From positions 6,319 through 70,318 of the IMG/VR virus record IMGVR_UViG_3300027872_000004: 64,000 nt of DNA. The stretch is one strand, 5' to 3'. Of the stretch, positions 46,165 to 56,500 are shown piece after piece. The translations under genes and the position numbers were made by a program. The notes under the pieces are model-generated. The model saw only the letters and a list, made by a program, of their open reading frames with translations. It did no database searches and was not told the DNA's origin. Source of the DNA: a virus. Numbering within the stretch: the first letter of the stretch is position 1; each line of letters opens with the position of its first letter.

Positions 46165-46510
46165 TGATGTCCAACTCACCAAGTTCCTTACACGATGGTT
46201 CACGAAAGATCTCCTCTCTTTGGATCCTGACCTCAATATCTCGATTCTCCAGGCCCAGAATGTCCGCTTTCAACGCCGACACGACTGCTTCTCCGGCAGT
46301 GATATCGACCTCTCGATCTCTGACGCACTTCTCCAGACGATCTCCGAGATCAGCAATGGTCGTCAGGTTGTTCGTGTTCGTCTGCTTGGCCTGCAAAACA
46401 GCAGCTTCAGCCAAGCCGACAGTCTCGTGCAGCTTTCCGTTCTGATTCCACAACAGTCCGATGATGATCACACAAACAGCGATCCCTCCACCCAACGCTT
46501 TACTCAACAT
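46106..46510 (-). CDS. i-spanin (Rz-like)
   Basis: N-terminal TM + coiled coil + C-terminal Cys. Confidence 0.7.
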   Translation of the reverse strand: MLSKALGGGIAVCVIIIGLLWNQNGKLHETVGLAEAAVLQAKQTNTNNLTTIADLGDRLEKCVRDREVDITAGEAVVSALKADILGLENRDIEVRIQREEIFREPSCKELGELDINAICPRLASSMRERANSIN

Positions 46511-46913
46511 CGCATAGCTCCTTGTTGGTAATCGACTCATTCAATAAGCATTTCTTTTTATCTTCCAGCGCATACTGTCTTTCCATAAGATCAGACAATC
46601 GACTGGTGGCGATCTCGTTGTTTCCGTTAGCTGCGATCCATAATTGAGTTGCAGTGATCTGATCACCAATCTCCCTGATTTCCGCGTTGATCTCCTTGAT
46701 TTCCTGCTTCGAGATGTAGCTGGTGAGGGTCACGTTCAACGTAGTGATCTGCTTCACCATTTCAGTTCCCTCTGCCTCGCTGATGAAAAATTCATCGAGT
46801 CCTTCGATAGTAAAATCCTTTGCTGACCATCCAGCGTAAAGCAGAAACACCAGCAAGATCGCCGGCACCGTCACCTTCTGCTGACCAAGTTTTGCAAAAC
46901 TCAATGCTGACAT
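46500..46913 (-). CDS. TM + coiled-coil lysis-cassette protein
   Basis: Single N-terminal TM, periplasmic helices. Confidence 0.5.
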   Translation of the reverse strand: MSALSFAKLGQQKVTVPAILLVFLLYAGWSAKDFTIEGLDEFFISEAEGTEMVKQITTLNVTLTSYISKQEIKEINAEIREIGDQITATQLWIAANGNNEIATSRLSDLMERQYALEDKKKCLLNESITNKELCDVE

Positions 46914-46914
46914 A

Positions 46915-47103
46915 TCAGCCTCCGTTCTTAGCTTTCTGCCAATCAGTAGCGGACTGGCCCGCAAGGTATGCACCATACAGGGCGCCGAGCGTCGTCGAGT
47001 ACGCTCCAAACATATTCTCGTTGCCGGCAAAATATCCAGCCATCAATGCAACAACCACAACCAGGAGACTCACGAATCGCTTGCCATGATATCGACCATT
47101 CAT
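46915..47103 (-). CDS. putative holin
   Basis: 62 aa, two TM segments, charged C-terminus, after endolysin. Confidence 0.6.
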   Translation of the reverse strand: MNGRYHGKRFVSLLVVVVALMAGYFAGNENMFGAYSTTLGALYGAYLAGQSATDWQKAKNGG

Positions 47104-47573
47104 GCGTAATCCTCGATCGTGATCCACACTTCGCCGTTCTCCACCTCGTCGATGATCTCCTGGTACAACCGCGTATAGGCAGACACTGAACTCATCACCA
47201 TGCCATCATCGAGGACGTTCGACTGCGCACCGTCACCGGTCAGAATGCAACCGTCAGTGTCCTTCTCGTAGTTCCCGTAGTGAATATAGACAAACGTGAA
47301 GTTGGGTACGTCCTGCAACCAGAGCATGCCGCGATGCCAGTCGAACTTATCGCTGTAGCGACCATGCATGCCGCCCTCAGTGCGCAACTTGATCCGGTAG
47401 CGCCCGGCCGGAATGCGCGTTTCACCTGGCACCTTCGGCTCGTTCGGCTGGTCCTCCATAGTGAAGTTGCGGAAGCTACGTTCATCCCCAACCTCGGCAT
47501 CCCGGTCGATAACGTACATTGCACCGATCGTGCTTTCGTCGCCGGTCGCGATTCGTTTCACCAAAAGTTCCAT
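47100..47573 (-). CDS. DUF5675-family putative endolysin
   Basis: STIG..., T.IPAGRY, L.DVPNF...YIH.GN...DT.GCIL.G. Confidence 0.75.
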   Translation of the reverse strand: MELLVKRIATGDESTIGAMYVIDRDAEVGDERSFRNFTMEDQPNEPKVPGETRIPAGRYRIKLRTEGGMHGRYSDKFDWHRGMLWLQDVPNFTFVYIHYGNYEKDTDGCILTGDGAQSNVLDDGMVMSSVSAYTRLYQEIIDEVENGEVWITIEDYA

Positions 47574-50500
47574 TACGATTGCCCCTCCAACGTCTTAACG
47601 AATCCCGCCCGAGGATTCTTTGGTAGCGAGCTGAGCAGCTCGGCCGTGTGATCCAGGCGCTGCTTGGCCAGGTAGTCAGTTCTTTGTTGTGGCGGCATAT
47701 CGATCAGTGTTTCCTGAAGCGCCTCGATCTGTATCTCGGCCGCACCTGGTCGCTCCATCCAAGCGTCTTTCGCGTTCTCCAGTTTTTCACGGTACAGGTC
47801 GTTCAACTCACGACTTTTCTGCTCCGGAGTCATATCCTCGTCTTCCCACAGATCGGTCGTGTCCTTACGCAACTTCTTGATCTCATTGTAACTGGACTCC
47901 ATTGCCTTGGATGCGTCCAGCACTTCCTGGTTGGTGTAGTTCGGATCGTACTTCGAGCCTTCCTCCATGAACTCATCGATCTCGTCGTCCATCTCCAGAC
48001 GTTCCATCTGGTTCACGGCCCGCTCGATCTGCCTGGCGTTGTTCCGCACATCGTACATGATTTCCTCGAAGCTGCTCCTGGCTGGAACTTCTTCACCACG
48101 GTAAAAGCGTCCGACCAGTGGAATCTTACTCCAACGAAGTTCTGGCCTGGCTGGGTAATCGAACTGCTTCCGTACCAGGTCGTCGGACAGCATCATCACG
48201 TAGCCACCCAGGGTCGCCAGGTAACCACGCATCAGGTGTTCCATAAGCAACGGATTGCGCATGATGTCTGGAGAGAAGTTCGGCATCACTTTGGCCAGCT
48301 CCCGCATGCTCGGGCTGGTGCTTGATCGAAACACTAGTTCAGGCTTCACCTCTGCAATGTCCTGCATGTACTCCGGAACGATCGGTGCCTGGAAGAAAGC
48401 GTTCCAGTTGGTGGTCGCCTCAAACAGCGGTGCAATGAACTGAGGTAAAGGAACGATCGTCTGCGGATTGAAGAAGTTGAACACCTCACCCAGCACGAAC
48501 CACAGTCTATCGATCGCGACTCTGCCGGCGTCGTCCTCATTGGAGTAGTAGTACTCGAACATTCGCTCGACGCCTACACCAAAAACCATTCCCACCTCGA
48601 ACGATTTCGGCAATCGCCAGTGTTTACCGTTCACCTTGAAGTGGACATACATATCCTTTTCTTCTGGTGGCAGAGCTTTGTACCACTCCTCGTCCTTGTT
48701 CTTCAGCCACACGGCCAAGACCGCCATGGCATACAGCATCGACTTGGTAAAGGTAATGCCTGGCGCCTCCTGGAATCTCTGCCCGTAGCGAACCAGGCCC
48801 TGGATCCTGGCGTTAAGGAACATCACGCTCTGCGCGAAGAACTGCATAATCGCATGATCGCCGTGCTTGGCGAAATTCATGATGTCCTTCGACTCCCAGA
48901 CAGCCTCAGCCTTACCGGCACCAGCCTTGATCGCCGGGATGTAGGCACTACCAATACGATTCGCGTTCTCCGATGCAGCGGCGATGTCGTTGTAGAAGTG
49001 GAAGATCTTCCATGGCGCATCGAGGACTCTGTTCTTGAATCCTGTCTGTCGCAAGGCTCGCTTCATTGCCTTCACGGTCGAGATAGGATCGTTGGCGTTG
49101 ATATAGCCAGAATAGAAAGCGCCACCGGCAGCCATCATGGAAATCATCTCATCGGACTTGGTGAAAGCCTTCCATGCTCCAGTCGCTGCCGACCAGGGCC
49201 TGGGCAACTTCGCATGCCGCGAGTTGACGAATGCCATGAAGATGTCCCGGAACCAGTTCGCCGCCATGAATCCTGGTGTCAGGGTGATCATTGACGTGCC
49301 GAGGCGCTTAAACTTACGTGGAAGCCACATGCCCATGCGGCCCATAAGACTTGCAAATTTCTTCTCGTTGATCGCAGTCAGCGATCGAAGCAATGTTTCT
49401 TCGTGAACCTCGAACCACTTCTTCTTGCCGTTGTAGAGGACCGACATAAAATTATCACCCTGCGGTCTCTGAAGGGTCCACATCTTCTGCATGCCGGCCA
49501 GTGCTTCGGGAGACATCGCCTCCCAATCAACAGCAGCCTTCCGCAATTTTCGTTTCAGCTCATCCATCGGGATGAACTCCTGCTTCATGAAATCCTGACC
49601 CTTGGCTGGCGTAATCAAACCAGTCTCTTTCAGGTTCTCTACAGCCAGTTGAGAGGCTTTGTTCTTCATCGTGGCTGTCGCGATATGCTGGAAATTGATG
49701 ATGATGTTTTCCAGAATGTCACCTAGCGGATGCTTGGATCCGAGCAGTCGCTTGATCGGCTGTGCCACGTTCGCGATACCTGGTCCGCCCATGCCGGCCC
49801 GCTTCGCAAAAGAGCCACCCATCTCGTCGGACTTGATACGATAGAACGGAACGTAGTCAGCCTGATCCCATAGCGGCCTGGTGTCCGAATTGAGAACACC
49901 AGCCTCCTCGGCCCAGTCCAGGAATTGCGTCTTCCAGTCATTGAAGGCATCGGATACTGTCTGAAATTCCGGGAACCGCTCACCCAGTTTCAGAAGCTCA
50001 TCGATTCGCTCCCTGGTAAATAAAGCCTCACGTCCTTCACGTAACAAACGATCAGCACGAACAGCGGCCTTCCAGTAGCCCCAGTAGGTGATTTTATCAG
50101 CGACAGGTTCCAGCACCTCCAGCAAACCTTTGCTGCCAGGCTTGATCCCAGTGATCGTTCCGGCGCCGACCTTCTCCCAGTACGGAACACCGTGCGTCAG
50201 GAACACGAACATCTGTGAGTCCATGCTGGTGGTGAAGTGAGCTTGCTTGTAGGCATTGATCTCGGCCGGCAACTCATGACCATGCGTCTGTTTGATGGCC
50301 CACTTCAGGCCGGAAAACTGATCGACCATGGCCTGTTCAATCTTGACCTGCTTTTCTTCGATCGCGATGACTTCGTTGATGCGCTGTTGCAACCGTTCGA
50401 GTGATCGAGGTCCTTGTGGTCCGATGTTTTTTTCGGCCCAGTTCAGTGCATCGTCGAGACCAGGATCCCCTGTTTTTTTCTTGCCGCGCTTATGGAATAA

Positions 50501-53500
50501 CGGAAAACCTGAGCGAGCTGTTTCCTTGAGTTTATCGGTGAACTCGATCTCCCATGCCTCGTACCCCCAGGCCCGCTCTGAAGCACTCTTTAATGCCTCA
50601 TCCAAAGCATTCTGAGCATCCTGTCTGTTCTGGTGATAGCCGCCCTGCAATCTGAATACATTCGGATCTTCTTCTGCTGGAACCTCCGAGCCCCAAATAC
50701 CACGATCCTCTGGTGCTATTACCGTATTTCCCCAGGCTTCCTCATACATTTCAGAGTTCACGCCACCACTGATATGTTTGATCACTTCATCGGTGGTCAA
50801 TCGTCTGACTCGTGCCTGCTTCCATCTCTCCCAATGCTTTCCAGGTTTGGTTCTTACCGCGAGCCCTTGTCTTTCAACTTGCTCACGGACACTTATCGAA
50901 CCTTCAGATCCTGGGATCCAGGTATCGACAACCTTGGCCTTGAATTTCTTCAGGAACTTGTTGAGCATCTGTGGCGTGATGACGTTATAGATCACCCTGG
51001 ATCCGGTCAACCGCTTGCCACCACCGGAGGTCGGTATGAGAAGTGATTTCAGTCCAACATCTTCACCAGATACAAGTCCAGAATCATCTTCATGCTCAAG
51101 GATAAACCTGGCTGCTCGATCACCAACGATAGTACGTAGATCCCTGCTGTTGGTTTCAATGACTCGACCACCAGCAGGATTCACGAGAATAATTCTGAAG
51201 GACCCTCGTTTGATTTCCTTTGGTTTGCCGGTGAACATATCAATGGTCTTGTCGTCCGCCATGAAACCTTCTTTATTGAATCGAAGCTCATCTACCGTTT
51301 CAGCCCCAGACCAGCGAACACCGTGCACCTCTCCCTTCGAGAGATAAATCCGGTCATGGCCGTTCCGAACGGCATCAGCGATCAGGCCCTTCATCACCAG
51401 AAGTTGCCAGTCCTTCTCGAATGGCGCGAAGGTCATGCCGCTTTTGAATCGTTCGTATCTCTCCTTTGACTCGTGAAATTCAAGGACCCTTGCACCCATA
51501 TCTGTATACATCGTCTTATCGATAGAAAATGTAAACGGCTTGACCTCAGCCCTTTCAAAATCCTCTTTATTTACTACGTGTTCACCTGCCCTCGATTGAG
51601 TGGACAGTTTATCCATAACTTCAGACAATCGAATCCACAGCTCAGGAATCCTGCCAGCATAAGCTCCACCCCAGGAACGATCTTGAGTTTCTTCGTGAAT
51701 GAGAGCCTTATCCCATAGATCTTTGTTCAGCGTTTTGCTGGTTACTTCACGATATCTTTTTGCTCGCGCTTCCTCGTTGGTTGGATCTAACAGTTTCTTG
51801 GAAGCAGCACTAAGAACCTCCATCTCTATTTCATTGAAGGTTGTCCCAGTCCAATCAGGCAGGTCTCGTGGTTTCCTTTTAGCGTTCCTGTACTTCCCGA
51901 CCTTATTGGCGAAATTATCTTCGTATAGATCTTGCATCCATCCGGCTGGATCATCACCTGTCGCGTTAAATTGCTTAACTGACACTCCGTTATCCCAAAC
52001 GAACTCCTTCATCTTCTCGTTGAACTCATCGACACTGATCAACTTCGCATCCAATTGTTGACCTGCCTCGCTCTTGCGCGCTTTTCGGTAGGCGGCAAAA
52101 GATAAATTCTCAATCTCTGTCAGGTCAGCATAAAATCCGTGGCTCTCGTAGATCTCATCTTGAATCTCAACCTGTTGATGTCCCAGTATCTCCCCACGTT
52201 TTGTTCTCGCGCCCGCGATATTCGAGCTGTACGTGCGAAGCATGCTTTGAGCAACACCAGTGTAAGCTCCGGTCACCAACCGATCGACGAGCGTTGCCAA
52301 CGGATCGGACATATAGTATCCCCAAGACCTGATGTCGCTCATCATTTTTTCACGATGATTTCGGAGTTCCTTGTAATCAGCCTCAGCCTTCTTCTTCCAT
52401 CGATCTTGTTCAGTAGGATTACTGATCGCCTGATCCCTGGCTTCAATCAACATATCCGCTGGAGATGTTTCGTCCCAGGCATCGCCACCACCGATCGTCC
52501 CATCAGGATTGACGTAATCTGGATCGTACTCATGCTCAGCATGAACCTCCTCCAGTTTGCTTTTTATGGCATCGCGAATCTCCTGGTGCCAGTCAGACTG
52601 AATCTCGTCAACGTAGTACGCATCTTCTCCGTTTAGATCCTTTCGAGTATCCAACCTGGCATGAGCAACCATGTCTTCCTCCTCGCCCCAATGCCCGGAA
52701 CTGCCGTATCCACCTCCTCTTGGATTGGTCCACTTGAACAGCAGTTCCTGATAGTCCTCGCCGGTCGGTTCCAGCATGTACTCTTTCCAGCGACCACTTG
52801 CGCCTTCCTGATTGGCTTCATCTGCCGCTTGAACAGCATCATCAAAATTACTGTAGTAACCGTGGTCGGCACCTTCCTCCATATGGGTAACAACGAAGTC
52901 GCCATCAGAATCAGTCTGGATGGAGTAATTGCCTGAGTACCAGCTTTTCTGGGTGTTCTTTTCAACCCACTCGTCACGTTCCTCCGTATAATAATCTTGC
53001 TCAATGTCCTCCCTGGTGCGATCTTCGGCCTCCTCCTTCATGGTTTCTTCAGTGGTTCCATCCCAATTGTCAGTTTCGTAATTCAGTTCCTCAAGATCCA
53101 TATCTGCTTCTTTAGCAATATCTGGATCCGCTTCGAGATCAGGATCCCATCCATGCTCGGAGTGAACCTCGATCAGCATATCCGGGTAAACACTCCCCCA
53201 ATGAAACTGCTCGATGGGTTCCCAATGTTCGTACCAGTCATCTTCATCTGGCGCGGTCTGTTCATCCGGACTGTCTTCGTCAAAATATAGATCTTCTGCT
53301 TCGCCACCTGGCTGGTACATCTCGATGCCCACACCATTGCGAGTAATGAACGACAAGATAGTATCCTTCGGAATTTTCTTCGGACTGGTCCGACCGAACG
53401 CTTCCAGCTCACCGTTCATTGATTCGTATATTTCTTCATCAACGGCAAGGTCACGCTGCTCATTGACCGGAAGGAACTGGAGATAGTCGTTATCTTTTAT

Positions 53501-56500
53501 CCATTCATCTTTGATCCTTTTGGCTTTAGCATTGTATTTAGCAGCCAACTCCGCTGTCTCACGATATTCTTGATTGAATGCTTCAAGTTGAAGTTTTCTC
53601 GCTTTTTCCCTAATAGCACCATTCTGTTCACCAAGCCTGCGATGCTGCACAAGCAGGTCGTATTTATCCCTGGGGAAGACATCCTTCAAAGCAGAAAATG
53701 TTTCGTCATGATGGCCAAAACCACCAGCAGCAGCATAGAAAACATCGTCCCAGGTGATATCTTCCATGAACTCTTTCAGGCCCATCCAGTCCAGCTCGGA
53801 CTGTTTCATTTTGCCCTTGTTGATCTGGCCCTTGACGAACTGCATCCAGCCATCGGCTGATGCTGCTTTGGTGTCAGAATCGTTGAAGGCAGTCCACGCT
53901 TGGGAGAAATAATACGGCGACGACATATGACGTAGCCGACCGCGCTGTACCGATCGTTTGTAACCGCTTGCGGACTGCACGAAGTTGCTCGACTCAGCGA
54001 TCATCGACATGATCTGCCCATCCGTGAACATCGTCGCCTTGCCTGTCATATAGCGAATGAAGTTCTTCAGGGCCTTGACGATCTCATCGAGCAGCTTCCT
54101 GGCCTGGCTCTTAACCTTGCGTCCCGCCAGAACTCGCTGAGCGGTATGAGCGATGAACTCCTCGGCGGCTACCCGACGCTCATTGATGTTGTTCCAGTCG
54201 TGTCCGTACAGTTTTGCTATCTCGCGCACTTCTTTCGGGAATGATTCGGCCACCTTGTCCATGACCGCATCGAACTCCCAAGGCTTGATCGTTTGCCTGA
54301 GCCCGAAGTGACCGATGACCTCGTGCAACATCGTCTCGATTGCCTCAGCCGTATCGGTGACATTGTTCGCGATGATGTAGATGTCATCCATGAACGCGCC
54401 CTGGTCATAGATCCCGGTGGTATTGCGACGATCCTCCTCGGTCTCCAAGGTTAATCGGAGATGTCTCGGAAGATCCTCGATCGATTGGACAACTCTGACC
54501 GGTGGCACAGTACGGAACATGCTGTAGATCGGACGAAGGACAGCCTGAATTTCATCGACCGTCTTTCCTCTGCCGGCGTTCGTTCCTCGGAATCGACTCA
54601 ACTTGTCTGGCCGGCGATGGAAGTAGGTAGTGTTACGATCATGGAAACCAGGCATGCCGGAAAACGCTTGGTCTCTATTCGGCCCGAGTACAGCATCCAG
54701 GGCCCTGATATCTGTGTTGTCACCAAAAGTCAGCGCGTTCTTGGCAGCCTCCTGATCATTGGCAACGACAATCATGGCAGATGCATTAGATTTTGAGACC
54801 GCCGCTAAAATTCTCCCGGCACCAGAAGTTGAATCTTCAGTACGTAAAAGTTTCCAGTCATCAACAGGAACGATCGCAACAACCTGGTGTTTTGTATTCA
54901 GCAAAATCGCATGCTCACCAGGAGAGGTTGCCCTGGCAGCAGCTACAGTATCCTTGGGAGATTCGATTCTCCTGCCAGGTTTGCCAAAGTTCCTGAATCG
55001 TCTCTCGACAACGCTGATGTCTTCCGTTCTCGCCAATGGTTGAATGCTGATACTCCGACTTGAAGCAGAATGAGGAGCGAGATATGAAGCCTTGCCGCCA
55101 GGAGCAACCACGACCGATCCCTTAAAATCTATTCCTGTTTTATCTAATTGCCTGCGAAATTTTGCCGCTAACCTCTCGTCTGCAAGGCTCTGACTCCCCT
55201 CTCCGCTAGGATGGTTGTGCACCATCCACACATTTTTGGCGCCATCAATCGCAAAGACAGATCCCAGGTAGATCGGTATCTGCGCTGAAGCTGCATCAGT
55301 TGCACCAATTGAATGACGAATAACGGACAGCACGTTTTGCTGTTCATCGGTGACCACAGCCATCAGGCTTTCCTGGGCCTCACGCCTCAACGGCGCGACC
55401 AGGTGAGCAACCTGCGAAGCATCGGTAACCTTCTTCAGCCCAGACCTGAAGATTCCAGTTTCAATCAGCTTGACGTTCGGACTGGCAAAATCATTCGGAT
55501 CTGCTGCCAGGTTTACCGTGTAGACCTGTTGCTCAACCTGATTCGTTCCAGGAACATTCGCCCCCAACTGAGACCTGTGAATCTCATAACGAACATCGCC
55601 TTCCTCAACGGATTGTGGATGAAGCTCGTCCCTGCTTTCTGGTTTGGCGGTCTCAGATGCCAGGGTCTCAGTGATCTGCACCTCGTCGATCGAACTGACG
55701 TTGCCATCGGTAACCGCCATTCGTTTGGTGTTCGCCGCATCCAGCCACTCGCGAAGTTCCTTGGTGGTCATGGCGACAGCGGACCCGAGAAGCGCACCAC
55801 CGTCATCGTAGTTGCGGCGATACCCTTCCATGGCTTCCTCGGTGGTCCGGTAGCCAAGCATCACCTTATGCTCGTCAAAGTTGTTCGAGCCGATCGGCCT
55901 ATCAGGATCCTTCTTCTGGTTGACGATCAGTGCACGGCCGCTGTCCGGGTACTCACCGACAAATACATCCACCTGGTCAAAGCCGCCTTTGCCATCTCGC
56001 TCTTTGCTCTCGGTGCCCTTGATGTAACCGTAGTCATCCTGCATGGTGATGGACCACGGCTTCCCACTTTTATCCACTCCAGAGCGTTCCATTCCCTTGG
56101 CGGTCTCAATCGTGACCGGCAGTGAATCGATCCGCATGTGGGCCTTACGGTAGGTGCCAGCTTCCTTAATGGCCTCGGACTTCGGCTCCTCTACCCGACG
56201 AGTAGCTGCTTTTTGACGAGCCCGAATCGATCGACGTGGCTCATCCTTGTCAGAGCGAAAGGTCTCGGTTGGGCTGATCTCATCTTCCTCGGCCGTAATC
56301 GCGACTCCTTCGCGCACCATGTCGTACTTCTTAATCAGCGCATCGATGGCCGCAAACATCGCATTGGTGACCTGAATGCCTTGTGTTTTCCTCCTGGCCT
56401 GGATGTTCTGGAACATCGCGCCTATTCCTTCACCCTCCAGAAATGCATTCTCGATCGCCATATTGGTGATCAATGGATAGACGCTCTTAACTCGATCGAT

